Origin: Candidatus Nitrospinota bacterium M3_3B_026
GTDB lineage: Bacteria; Nitrospinota_A; UBA7883; JBPRGF01
Reading direction: 5' to 3'
Length of the DNA: 64,000 nt
Assembly: GCA_051418015.1 (NCBI GenBank)
Contig: JBPRGF010000009.1
Location: 1-64,000 of the forward strand
Position 1 is the stretch's first letter. Every line of letters begins with the position of its first letter. Position numbers and translations under genes: made by a program. Below are positions 1 through 9,378 of this stretch, piece by piece. The notes beneath the pieces are model-generated. The model did no database searches, had not been told where the DNA came from, and worked only from the letters and a program-made list of their open reading frames with translations.

Positions 1-45
1 GGATGGCGCCAATCAGCAGAGCGGAAAGTAAATGTTTGCGTGTCA
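1..45 (-). CDS. N-terminal fragment of a secreted protein (MTRKHLLSALLIGAI...); the gene continues beyond the window's left edge
   Basis: ATG (revcomp) at 43-45 preceded by a GGGAGA ribosome-binding site; hydrophobic signal-peptide-like start; only 15 codons visible. Confidence 0.3.
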
Positions 46-336
46 TGGTTTTTTCTCCCGATACCACGTTCTTTTTTCGCGCCTCGCCGCCTATCGCGCG
101 GCTGTAAAAATCTTCCCTGATAAATAAATACCCCCTCCGCCCGCGAAAAGCTATCCCACGAAAGTGGGATTTTTCAAAAAAATCGGGCAGAAGGCTAAAT
201 GGCATAAACCGCGCTAAAACGACAAGATAACGCCAACGGCGCAAAAATAGGGCGAAAAAAAATGTTGCCCCCCCGCGATCACGGGTGTAAAAGGAAGGCG
301 GGTGGTCCATCCTGGGATTCTCCAAGGGGAAGAGAA

Positions 337-1125
337 ATGGGAAAAGCGGCCAGAGTTCCCGCCTCGTCACTTAAAAAAGCTTTCGGCCTGCTCGAGGCGC
401 TATACGCAGCCGGGGACACCGCAAGCCTCGTAAACACGCTCTTCGACGAGATCGGCGCCCTTGCGCCTCACGAGTCGGCGGTCTATTTTCCCCTGGACAC
501 GGAGCGGGGCGGGATGCCGTCGTCCGCAGGGCACATCTACAAAAACATAGACGGCGGCGACAAGATCGCCGTCCTTTACGGGACGCGATACAGCGCCATG
601 GACCCCCTCAAAAAACTCTGCCTGCCGGGATTCGTGAACAAAACTCTCAAGAACACCGACGTCGCGCCCATAAGCAAGCTCACCGACGGGGAGTTTTACT
701 GCGACTTTTTAAAGCCGATTGGGATAACCTATGTCTGCGGCGTGGCGTTGAGCTTCAACGGCAGGCCGGTCGGCGGCATCGGCCTGCACAGGCCCCCCGG
801 CTCTTCGGATTTCAGCGATACCGAAAAAGCCGTCCTCACCCTCCTGGCGCCCCACATGGCCTACGTGATAAACAACCACGAGGCCCGGGAGGGCAAGCTT
901 GGGTTCGCGGCGCGTTTCGGCGAAAGCTCCGCGATGAAGGTTTTCGATTTTTCGCGGCGCGAGGCGGAGGTGGCGGCGCTTGCGGCGCGTGGGCTGAAGA
1001 ACAGCGAGATCGCGGACATGCTGTTCATCACCGAATATACGGTCAAGGATCACCTGCGAGCCATATACAAAAAGACCGGCGTTAAAAGCCGCTCCGGGCT
1101 CGTGGTGAAGCTTTTCTCGCGCTAA
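337..1125 (+). CDS. LuxR-family transcriptional regulator (N-terminal sensor-like domain plus C-terminal LuxR HTH)
   Basis: C-terminal LKNSEIADMLFITEYTVKDHLRAIYKKTGVKSRSGLV matches the LuxR/FixJ-type HTH; ATG at 337 follows an AAGGGGA ribosome-binding site (alternative ATG at 262). Confidence 0.6.
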   Translation: MGKAARVPASSLKKAFGLLEALYAAGDTASLVNTLFDEIGALAPHESAVYFPLDTERGGMPSSAGHIYKNIDGGDKIAVLYGTRYSAMDPLKKLCLPGFVNKTLKNTDVAPISKLTDGEFYCDFLKPIGITYVCGVALSFNGRPVGGIGLHRPPGSSDFSDTEKAVLTLLAPHMAYVINNHEAREGKLGFAARFGESSAMKVFDFSRREAEVAALAARGLKNSEIADMLFITEYTVKDHLRAIYKKTGVKSRSGLVVKLFSR

Positions 1126-1189
1126 CGCGGCGCCCCCCGCCCCCGCTCCTCGTTTATGAGCCGGCCGGATTCTGTGGCAAAATAAAAAG

Positions 1190-2932
1190 ATGCGCGAAAG
1201 AGATGATGTAAAAGTGGCCGAGACCGCCGGCTTCTGCTGGGGCGTCAAGAGGGCCATGGACATGACCCTGGAGACCGCCAGGAAGGCCGCCGGCCCTATT
1301 TACACCCACGGGCCGCTGATCCACAATCCCCAGGTCATAAAGATGCTGGAAGGCAAAGAGGTCTACGCCGTGGATGACGCCGCGGCTCTCGACGGCGGCA
1401 GGGTGATAATCCGCACCCACGGCGTGACGCCGGAGGCGAGGTGGAGCCTGAAGGCCAGGGGCCTGGCCATAAGCGACGCCACCTGCCCGCTTGTCGCCAG
1501 GGCGCAGGGGATCATCAAGAAGCACGCCGGGCGCGGCTACACCACGGTGATAATAGGTGACGCCGGCCACGCGGAGGTCATCGGCCTGATGGGCTACGCC
1601 AACGGCCGCTGTCACGTGATAAACAACGCCGATGACGTGGACAACCTTCCGCCCATGGACAAGACTCTGGTCGTGGCGCAGACGACCTGCGACGTCTCCA
1701 GGTACAAGGAGGTTTTAAGGAGGGTCAGGGAGAGGTTCCCGGACGCCGTGGCGCCGGAGACGATCTGCGACGCGACGGAGCAGAGGCAAGCCGAGGTCAT
1801 GGAACTGGCCCGCCGGGTGGACGCCATGGTGGTGGTCGGCGGCAAAAACAGCGCCAACACGAACCGGCTGGCCCAGATCGCGCGGGAGGCGGGAGCGAGA
1901 ACTTTTTTGATAGAGACCGAGGATGAGCTGGACCCGCGCGAGATATCCAAATACGAGCGCGTGGGGCTGACCGCCGGAGCCTCTACCCCCTCGTGGATGA
2001 TCCAGAGGGTCCGGCAGCGGCTCGAGAGCATAAGGTCCGGAAAGCGTGGCGGGCCCGCCGCGTGGCTGGGACGGGTGGTGGAGGGCGCGGTGGTCGGCAA
2101 CGTGAGCGTCGCCCTTGGCGGGGCGCTGATGGCGTTCGCCAACATGACCCTGGCGGGGCTTGATTTTTCATGGACGGCGGCGTATATCGCCGGGGTGTAC
2201 CTCTTCTCGATGAACGCGTTCAACCGGCTCAACGACGTCCGGACCTTCAGGCACAACGAGCCGGAGAAGATAAGGTTCTATCTTGCCCATCGCGGCCTGA
2301 TGACCGGCGCGGCCCTGGCGGCGGCGCTGTCGGCCCTGGCGGCGGCCTTCACCCTTGGAGCGGCGGTCACGGCGGTGGTGGCTGGAGCGCTGGGGCTGGG
2401 GCTTGCCTACACGGTCAAGTGGTTCACGGGGAGCAAGGCGCTGCGCGTCCATCGCCTGAAGGACATCCCCGCGTCGAAGGACATGTTCGTCGGGGTGGCG
2501 TGGGCCGTGTTGACGGCAGTTGTCCCGGCGATGGCGGCGGGGGCGGACGTTTTTTCCGCGACGGTGATGGTTGTGTTTTTTTTCACATTCGGCCTGGTGT
2601 ACATCCGCTCCGTCCTGTCGGATATCCGGGATATCCATGGCGACAGGCTGGTGGGCAGGGAAACCATCCCCATCCTGATCGGCGACGCCGCCACGAAGAT
2701 TTTTTTGGTTTTCCTCACGGCGGGTCTTGCCGGTCTTTTGTTCGCCTCGTCATACGCGGGGCTTGTATCCCCGTTCGGTTATCTTATGCTCGCCTCCGTG
2801 GCGTACACGGCGCTGTACCTGGCCCTGTACCACGCCAGGGTGATAAACCGCGGATTGGGTTTCGACCTGATGGTGGACGGGGTTTTCCATTTCTCCGGCC
2901 TGCTGGCGATTGTCTGGCGCCTGGCCGCGTGA
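1190..2932 (+). CDS. ispH: 4-hydroxy-3-methylbut-2-enyl diphosphate reductase IspH fused to a C-terminal UbiA-family prenyltransferase-like polytopic membrane domain
   Basis: N-terminal 280 aa have IspH/LytB hallmarks (AGFCWGVKRA, ICDATEQRQ, GGKNSANTNRL); C-terminal 300 aa are multi-TM with a DIRDIHGDRLVGRETIPILIGD Asp-rich motif (UbiA second motif) and a degenerate first motif NRLNDVRTF. Confidence 0.7.
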   Translation: MRERDDVKVAETAGFCWGVKRAMDMTLETARKAAGPIYTHGPLIHNPQVIKMLEGKEVYAVDDAAALDGGRVIIRTHGVTPEARWSLKARGLAISDATCPLVARAQGIIKKHAGRGYTTVIIGDAGHAEVIGLMGYANGRCHVINNADDVDNLPPMDKTLVVAQTTCDVSRYKEVLRRVRERFPDAVAPETICDATEQRQAEVMELARRVDAMVVVGGKNSANTNRLAQIAREAGARTFLIETEDELDPREISKYERVGLTAGASTPSWMIQRVRQRLESIRSGKRGGPAAWLGRVVEGAVVGNVSVALGGALMAFANMTLAGLDFSWTAAYIAGVYLFSMNAFNRLNDVRTFRHNEPEKIRFYLAHRGLMTGAALAAALSALAAAFTLGAAVTAVVAGALGLGLAYTVKWFTGSKALRVHRLKDIPASKDMFVGVAWAVLTAVVPAMAAGADVFSATVMVVFFFTFGLVYIRSVLSDIRDIHGDRLVGRETIPILIGDAATKIFLVFLTAGLAGLLFASSYAGLVSPFGYLMLASVAYTALYLALYHARVINRGLGFDLMVDGVFHFSGLLAIVWRLAA

Positions 2933-2993
2933 GGCCCGCCGGACGCTGACTGAGGCCGGGTCTTCGAACACAGGATCAACGGAAGGGTTTGCC

Positions 2994-3263
2994 ATGGATA
3001 TGAAGATAATCGGGCCGGTTTTCGCGGCAGTGTTCCTGGCCGAGTTCGGCGACAAGACACAGCTTGCCACCCTCGCCTTCGCAGGGGCTGAATCTTCCCG
3101 GTGGAGCGTTTTCGCCGGGTCGGCGGCCGCCCTGGTAACGGCGTCGGCCATTGCCACGCTGGCGGGCGCCGCTGTCTACCAATACGCCCCGGCGTGGGTT
3201 GTGAGGAAGGCCGCCGGAGTATTGTTTCTTGTTTTCGGGCTGTTCTATCTTGTCAGGAGCTGA
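2994..3263 (+). CDS. UPF0016/GDT1-family small membrane protein (single-domain bacterial form)
   Basis: EFGDKTQ signature motif (E-x-G-D-K-T), 90 aa, two to three hydrophobic helices. Confidence 0.6.
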   Translation: MDMKIIGPVFAAVFLAEFGDKTQLATLAFAGAESSRWSVFAGSAAALVTASAIATLAGAAVYQYAPAWVVRKAAGVLFLVFGLFYLVRS

Positions 3264-3304
3264 AGGCGGGAACGCGCCGGGCCGGACGCGGTTGAGGTAT
3301 TGGA

Positions 3305-4222
3305 CTATCTCTTCCTTCGCAGCGCTTTTTTCAACGCCCAGCCGATATTCCTTTTCTCCTTCGGCGCCGTCATGATCCACTCGGAGAGCGCCGCCACGCG
3401 GCAGTGGTTCGAGACGATCCCTCCCTCGGTGAGGTTGTAGAAGTCCGCGGGGCCGTTTTTGCGTTTCCACGTTGTGAAAGCCCACTCCATCCATTGCTTG
3501 GTGATGAACAGGCTCTTGCGGGTGAGCACCTCCCGTCCGAAGATGTCCACATCCTTTACCATGTCGTCGCCCTGGCCAAAATCGTCCCGGCCCTCGCGCG
3601 CCCCGGCCGCCCTCGACGAATAGGCCGGGCCGCCGGGGGGGATGGAGAGGTCCTGCCCCAGGAAGCCTATCGGGTTCGCGCCCATCCTGAAGGCGAGGTC
3701 CAGCCCCACCGTGAGCACGGACCCACCGGGGATCAGGTATCCAAGCGCCGGGTTTTCCGCGGCTATCTTGACCAGCGCCGGTATGTCCGGGGCGAACTTG
3801 TTGTAGAAGACCACCTCCCCTTCCCATGCCGCCAGAGCGTCTGGGTGGATGATGGTGGGGGCGGCGAGGATTTTTCCCTTTGACGGCGCCCCGGCGAAAA
3901 AGCGCGCCACGTCCGGCTGCGGGTCCAGGGTGACCACGATGGAAGGCTCGGCCCCCTCCTCGGCCAGCCCCGCGAAGATCGCGTCGACGCATATGATCAG
4001 GGCCCTGCCCCGGGCCATGGACAGCCACTGGACGTTCTTGTCCAGGGAGGGGCCCGCGCCCACGACAAGGGAGGGGACACCCGGGAACTTTTCGAATAGC
4101 GCCGCCACGCCTGTGGAGCGGGCTATGGCGCTCCGGTTCGCCTCGAAGTTGGCCGTCCACAGCCCGGCGAAGCTGCGGATGGTGGCGTTCTTGACCTCGA
4201 ACAGCCGCTGGTGATCAACCAT
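3305..4222 (-). CDS. DUF115 / MptE-like (motility accessory factor Maf-like) protein
   Basis: SLVVGAGPSLDKN glycine-rich motif and overall architecture typical of DUF115 proteins associated with flagellin glycosylation. Confidence 0.5.
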   Translation of the reverse strand: MVDHQRLFEVKNATIRSFAGLWTANFEANRSAIARSTGVAALFEKFPGVPSLVVGAGPSLDKNVQWLSMARGRALIICVDAIFAGLAEEGAEPSIVVTLDPQPDVARFFAGAPSKGKILAAPTIIHPDALAAWEGEVVFYNKFAPDIPALVKIAAENPALGYLIPGGSVLTVGLDLAFRMGANPIGFLGQDLSIPPGGPAYSSRAAGAREGRDDFGQGDDMVKDVDIFGREVLTRKSLFITKQWMEWAFTTWKRKNGPADFYNLTEGGIVSNHCRVAALSEWIMTAPKEKRNIGWALKKALRRKR

Positions 4223-4231
4223 GAGGCGCTA

Positions 4232-5617
4232 TTATTCTCCGGCCCGGACGACCCTGTCCCGGCCTTCCCTCTTCGCCTCGTAAAGCCCCTTGTCGGCTCT
4301 CTCGATTATGTCTTTCGGCTCGTCGTCCGGGGTAAACTCCGTGACGCCCATGGAGACGGTGACATGGATCACCTTGTCCAGGACGACGAACTCGTGGAGG
4401 CCGACGTTTTTGCGTATGCTCTCGGCCATCTTTAGAGCGTTTTTCAGCCTGGAGCGGTACAGGATCAGCGCGAACTCCTCGCCGCCGTAGCGCGCCACGG
4501 TGTCCGAGGCGCGGACGGACTCCTTTATGATCTCGGCGATCTTGGCGATGACCTGGTCGCCCGCCTGGTGGCCGTAGGTGTCGTTGAACTCTTTGAAGCG
4601 GTCTATGTCCAGCATAACGAGACAGCAGCTCTCGCCGGTACGCTTGAACTGGGCCACGGCCTCCTTGATCCTTTCGTCGAAGTAGCCGCGGTTGAAGACC
4701 CTCGTAAGCGAGTCCACGGCCTTTTCCTGCCTGGCCATCCTCAACTCTTTTTCCAGCCGGGAGATCTTCTCCCCCGCCTCGGCCACCTTCACGTTCGCCT
4801 CCACGAATTTCTCTCTCATCTCCGTGTTGGCTTTCTGGATCTCGAGGGTCTCCGCCAGGATGGCATGCTGGATTTTCTTGATCTCGTCGAGGCTGGTGGC
4901 GGCTATTACCTTCTTCGAGTAGTTGTCAAGCTTCGCCCCGTAGGATTCGCTGGAGACGGACAGGGACTGTATGTAGCCCGCCAGGGAGCCGATGATGGCT
5001 TTCAGCTCCTCCTTCTCCTGCTCGACGAGGCCGGCCTCGTTGCTCTTGTTTATGAAGAAATTGTATAGGGATCTGCTCAGCCCGTCCGCCGTCTCCACCT
5101 TAAGCCCCTCGAACCTTTTTGCGCGCTCGGTCTTGAGCGAGTCGAAAAAAGGCTCCCGCTCGTCCGCCAGCAGGATGGCCCCCTTGCTGAAGCCGTCCAG
5201 CAGCGTGACGTAGGGGGAGAGTATCTCCCTCGTCGCGTCGATGAGGTCTATCTTCTCCGGCTTCCTTTCGCCCTGCTCGATGGCGGGGGCCTGCTCCTTT
5301 TTCCCCTCGCGTCCGCCGAGGATGGAGGCGAGCCCCGACAGCAGCCCTCCTCCGCCTGCTTTTCCCTTCTCCTTCAGGCTGGCGTCGATCTTCTTGCAAA
5401 GCTGGGTATAATCTTTCTGAATCTGCTGGACCTGGAAGATGTTCTGCGCGGACTTGACTCGCCCCGAGAGCTTGTCGAGGGCGTTCTCCAGATTCTTGTC
5501 GCCTTTCACCAGCGCACGGGCGTGGGAGATCATCGAGGCGACCAGGTCCTGGTAAGACTTCGTAAGGCTTTCCAGGTACTTGTTCTTTTCCTTGTACCTT
5601 TTAAGTATTTCGCTCAC
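4232..5617 (-). CDS. GGDEF-domain diguanylate cyclase with N-terminal coiled-coil region
   Basis: RYGGEEFALIL active-site motif; DRFKEFNDTYGHQAGDQVI. Confidence 0.85.
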   Translation of the reverse strand: MSEILKRYKEKNKYLESLTKSYQDLVASMISHARALVKGDKNLENALDKLSGRVKSAQNIFQVQQIQKDYTQLCKKIDASLKEKGKAGGGGLLSGLASILGGREGKKEQAPAIEQGERKPEKIDLIDATREILSPYVTLLDGFSKGAILLADEREPFFDSLKTERAKRFEGLKVETADGLSRSLYNFFINKSNEAGLVEQEKEELKAIIGSLAGYIQSLSVSSESYGAKLDNYSKKVIAATSLDEIKKIQHAILAETLEIQKANTEMREKFVEANVKVAEAGEKISRLEKELRMARQEKAVDSLTRVFNRGYFDERIKEAVAQFKRTGESCCLVMLDIDRFKEFNDTYGHQAGDQVIAKIAEIIKESVRASDTVARYGGEEFALILYRSRLKNALKMAESIRKNVGLHEFVVLDKVIHVTVSMGVTEFTPDDEPKDIIERADKGLYEAKREGRDRVVRAGE

Positions 5618-5653
5618 GCGCCCTGCGGGTCCTTTCTCAAAGAGGCGGCCTGC

Positions 5654-7240
5654 CTAGCCTGTCACGATCCTTCCGGCGGCTGCGTCCTTAGCCTCGGCGC
5701 TCTCGACGGCGACGCTCCCGTTGACTATAACGTATTCCATCCCCACGGGATAGCTGTTCGGCGCCCTGTACGATGCCGTGTCGCCTATCGTCTCAGGGTC
5801 GAAGACGGTTATATCGGCGAAACTCCCCGGACGCAGCCTGCCCCTTTTCTTGATCCCGAAAAAGTCGCAGGCCATGGAGGAGCATTTTTTCACGGCCTCG
5901 GGCGTAGTGAACATCTTCTTTTCCCGGACGTACTCCTTGAAGAACTTCGGGAACGTCCCGAACGCTCTCGGGTGCGACTTTCCTATGGACAACGGCCCGT
6001 CGGCGGCGCGGGCGCCGGCGTCGGAGCCGATCATCACCCATGGTTTGCCGATTATCCTGTCCATGTTCGCCTGGCTCATGACGAAGTATATGGCCTCCAC
6101 CTGGGCCTCCTCCTCGGCCAGCAGGCCGAAGATCAGGCCGAACACGTCCTTTCCGCGAAGGGCGGCGGCCTCGGCGACGGTGAGGCCCTCCAGGTCCGCG
6201 TTCGGGCTGCCGGGGCGGACCTGGGCTATCATCACCTTGTCCCAGTATCCTGCGTCGGGATGGTTTTCGAGGATCGCTTTTTTGAAAGAATCCCGCATCC
6301 CCTCCCTTCGCAACGCCTCCAGCAGCCCCGGCCTCCCGCCGTCGAAGGCGCTGTCCGGCAGGACGACGGAAAGGCCCGTGTTGGAGGCCAGGTATGGGTA
6401 CCTGTCCGCCATGATGGGAACGCCGTCCTCCATGGCGCCCTCCAGTATCTCGAAAGCCCTGTCGAGCTTGCCCCAGTTCGCCTCCCCCGCCGTCTTCAGG
6501 TGCGACACCTGCAGCCTGACGCCGGACCGCCTGGCGACGTCGACCACCTCCTCCAGCGATTCGGTAAGCTCAGCGCCTTCGGAGCGTATGTGGGATGTGA
6601 ATACCTTGTCCCTGCGCGCCGCCTCCGAGTAAGCCTGGATGAACTCCTCCCTCTCCGCGAAGCAGGCGGGAGGGTAGACTATCCCGATGGACATCCCCAG
6701 GGCGCCGCTGTCGAGGCCCCCGGCGATGGTCTCCCGGATGGCTTTCATTTCCGCCGGGCCGGGGCCGCGCCCGTTGAGGCCGATCACGGAGCCTCTTATG
6801 GTGTTGTACCCGACGAGCGCGGCGAAGTTGACGGACGGTTTCGCGGCGGAGAGGGCCTTGAAGTAGCCGTCAAGCCCCGTCCACTCCACGTCCATCCCGA
6901 ACTGCTCTTTGTAGTCCTTCACCCTCAGCCGCCTTGTCTCTCCATCCATGGGCGCGGCGGCGTAGCCGCAGTTGCCGCCGATCTCCGTCGTCACGCCCTG
7001 GAGTATCTTCGACCTCGCGCGGGGGTCTATGAGCAGGTAGTAGTCGGAATGGGAATGAACGTCCACGAAGCCTGGCGCAACCACCCGCGCCTCGGCGTCG
7101 ATGACGCGCTTCGCTCTCCCGGGGCTGATGTCCGGGGCGATGCCGGATATGACGTCCCCCTCGACGGCGACGTCGGCCCTGTAAAGCTCTTCGGAGTCGC
7201 CGTCGGCGACGAGGCCGTTCTTGATCAACAGGTCGAACAT
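5654..7240 (-). CDS. N-acyl-D-amino-acid deacylase (D-aminoacylase), amidohydrolase superfamily
   Basis: N-terminal LIKNGLVADG...PGFVDVHSHSDYY metal-binding HxH motif; length 528 aa. Confidence 0.75.
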   Translation of the reverse strand: MFDLLIKNGLVADGDSEELYRADVAVEGDVISGIAPDISPGRAKRVIDAEARVVAPGFVDVHSHSDYYLLIDPRARSKILQGVTTEIGGNCGYAAAPMDGETRRLRVKDYKEQFGMDVEWTGLDGYFKALSAAKPSVNFAALVGYNTIRGSVIGLNGRGPGPAEMKAIRETIAGGLDSGALGMSIGIVYPPACFAEREEFIQAYSEAARRDKVFTSHIRSEGAELTESLEEVVDVARRSGVRLQVSHLKTAGEANWGKLDRAFEILEGAMEDGVPIMADRYPYLASNTGLSVVLPDSAFDGGRPGLLEALRREGMRDSFKKAILENHPDAGYWDKVMIAQVRPGSPNADLEGLTVAEAAALRGKDVFGLIFGLLAEEEAQVEAIYFVMSQANMDRIIGKPWVMIGSDAGARAADGPLSIGKSHPRAFGTFPKFFKEYVREKKMFTTPEAVKKCSSMACDFFGIKKRGRLRPGSFADITVFDPETIGDTASYRAPNSYPVGMEYVIVNGSVAVESAEAKDAAAGRIVTG

Positions 7241-9378
7241 CGGTCTCCTTGTCTTGCGATGTCAGAGGACGGCGCGGTCTTTTCCCTATCCACGCCGCCT
7301 GTGTAGATGAGCCGGTAAAGGGCTAGGTTGCGCTTTACCTTTTTCACGTAATCCCTCGTCTCGGAGTAGGGTATCATCTCCACCAACTCGTCGTCGTCGA
7401 GGTTTCCATACCGTTCGCGCCACTTGTCCGCCGCCGATTCGCCTGCGTTGTAGGCCGCGAGGGCCAGCGTCAGGTTCCCCTCGTATCTTGCCAGCAGGCC
7501 CGAGAAATAGGCCACGCCCAGGGGAATGTTTACATTAGGGTTGAAAAGGAGCCGCGGCGCGAAAGGCTTTCCGGTCTTCTCCGGCATCCCCGTGTTCTCG
7601 TAGACCCGCCTGCCCGTCGCGGGGATGATCTGCATCAGCCCCCGGGCGTCGGCGGGGGAGAGAGCGGCGGGCTCGAAGGCGGACTCCTGCCGTATGATGG
7701 CAAGCGCCAGGAAGGGGCTGACACCGTGCGTCCGCGCCTGCCCGGCGACGTTTTCCCAGTGCTCCACCGGATAATAGGCCCGCCAGGACGGACCGGAGAA
7801 ATCCAGATCCAGTGGGCCTCCGTGGTTCGCCACGAGCCGTATCGATCTGCCCGGCGCGCGCGCCCTGCGGTATTGAAGCGCAAGCCACAGCGCCTCTTCA
7901 GGGCTCCGGGTCAGGCGCCTGGAGAGGGCGTCGAGCTCAAGCCTGGCCTCGCCGTACATCTCCATCTCCACCAACGCCTCAAAGCGCCTGCGGCGGCGTT
8001 CGGCTTCCTCGTCAAGCGCCACGCCCACAGGCTCCATGCGCCCGCTCTCGTCCGGCTTCAGCGACATGACGCCATTCACGGGACGCGGGTCCGGAGGTCC
8101 GGTCAACATCCGTGTCCCGTAATAGGTATGGGGGAATCTTCCCTTCAGCTTTTCGCCCATGCGCTCCCCTCCGGCGGCGTCCCCGGCGCGCGCTTTCGCC
8201 CTCGCCGCCCAGTAGAGGAATTTTCCGTCGGCGCCGGTGTTCCTCGGGTCGCGGGAGAATTTTTCAAAAAGCCTCGCCGCCTGAGCGTGGCCGCCCTCCT
8301 GGTATTTCGTCCACCCGATCCTCCACATGATGTCGCGGGCCAGCCTGGGGTCGGGCGAAAGCTCCAGCGCCGCGGCGTATTCCTCCCCCGCCTCGCCAAG
8401 CCTGCCGGCGGATTCGGCGATCCTGCCGAGGACGTAGCGGGCGCGGGCCCTGACCTGCCGTCCGGCCCCGGAGGATGCGAGCTTCTTGAGCCTTTGCGCT
8501 GTTTGGGCGTTTTTGTCATTGTTCCAGTCGATCACGGCGATCCGGTAGTCGGCCATATGGGCGAGCCCCGAGCCTGCGTAGCGCCGGATCACCTCCTTGA
8601 AGACAGCCCTTGCGCCCGTCCTGTCCCGCGCCCTGTACTTGACCATGCCAAGCTTGTAGAGGGCCTTGGCCTTGCGGCTCTCCGAGTAGCCTATCTTCAG
8701 TATCCGCTCCAGCTCCACCGCCGCGTCGGAGTAACGAAACGCCCTGTAGAGCCGCTCCGCCCGGCCCATCCTCTGGGAGAAGGTGGCGTAAGGATAGGCG
8801 GACTTGCCAGGCGGCGCGCCTTCCTCGCGGCGAAGGCGTATTGTTTTTTCGATGATTTCCCTGTCGATGGCGGGGTCGGGATAGTCGTAATAAGCCCGCT
8901 GGTAGAGCCTGTACGCGGCGGCCTTGCGGCCGAGGGGCTCCATCCTGCGCGCCTCCATGTAAATCCTTTTCGCGCGGAATTCGGCGGGGACCGCCTCCAC
9001 GCCTATGCTCTCAAGGTATCCGCCGCACGTCTCGGAGGAGACATCGCCGCAGGCGGCGAGGAGGCGGAGCTTGTTGACCGTGGCGGCGAGGGGGCTTTTG
9101 GGGAAGTTTTTGACGAGCCTGTCCAGCGCCGGCAGGGATGCTGTGAGTCCCTCTTTTCCCTTCAGTACGGAGGCGAGGTCGCGCATGGCATAGTCGCCCA
9201 GGATGAAGGAGGGGACGGCGAGTTTTTCGAGTCTTTCGATCGCCTCTTCCGCCGCGCCGTCTTCCAGGAGCGCGCGGGCGGCGCGGTATTCATCCAGTCC
9301 GGCGGCGAAAGACGGGACGGCGGCCGCCAGCGCCGCCATGAGCGCAAGCGCCGCGGGCCTAGCGAACCAGTATTCCAT
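7225..9378 (-). CDS. Soluble lytic murein transglycosylase-like protein (TPR-rich N-terminal region plus SLT catalytic domain)
   Basis: C-terminal LAIIRQESAFEPAALSPADARGLMQIIPATG SLT motif; signal peptide MEYWFARPAALALMAALAAA; start chosen at ATG 9378 (alternative 9405); 3-prime end overlaps the upstream gene by 16 nt. Confidence 0.75.
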   Translation of the reverse strand: MEYWFARPAALALMAALAAAVPSFAAGLDEYRAARALLEDGAAEEAIERLEKLAVPSFILGDYAMRDLASVLKGKEGLTASLPALDRLVKNFPKSPLAATVNKLRLLAACGDVSSETCGGYLESIGVEAVPAEFRAKRIYMEARRMEPLGRKAAAYRLYQRAYYDYPDPAIDREIIEKTIRLRREEGAPPGKSAYPYATFSQRMGRAERLYRAFRYSDAAVELERILKIGYSESRKAKALYKLGMVKYRARDRTGARAVFKEVIRRYAGSGLAHMADYRIAVIDWNNDKNAQTAQRLKKLASSGAGRQVRARARYVLGRIAESAGRLGEAGEEYAAALELSPDPRLARDIMWRIGWTKYQEGGHAQAARLFEKFSRDPRNTGADGKFLYWAARAKARAGDAAGGERMGEKLKGRFPHTYYGTRMLTGPPDPRPVNGVMSLKPDESGRMEPVGVALDEEAERRRRRFEALVEMEMYGEARLELDALSRRLTRSPEEALWLALQYRRARAPGRSIRLVANHGGPLDLDFSGPSWRAYYPVEHWENVAGQARTHGVSPFLALAIIRQESAFEPAALSPADARGLMQIIPATGRRVYENTGMPEKTGKPFAPRLLFNPNVNIPLGVAYFSGLLARYEGNLTLALAAYNAGESAADKWRERYGNLDDDELVEMIPYSETRDYVKKVKRNLALYRLIYTGGVDREKTAPSSDIARQGDRCSTC

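Noticed and set aside
5522-7306. Long antisense or alternative-frame ORFs in the six-frame track that overlap confidently assigned genes. Examples: 5522..7306+ opposite the D-aminoacylase, 7726..9390+ opposite slt, 12408..13145+ and 13231..14166- within purL, 19366..20427- and 19512..20378+ within hppA, 2170..2949+ within ispH, 22150..23637- opposite the kinase, 35473..36312- within bioH, 48700..50634+ opposite the TPR gene, 62495..63790+ opposite the sigma-54 activator.
   Set aside because: High-GC genomes generate long stop-free frames on all strands. These translations are Arg/Gly/Pro-rich with no motifs, and each overlaps a gene that has strong family signatures.
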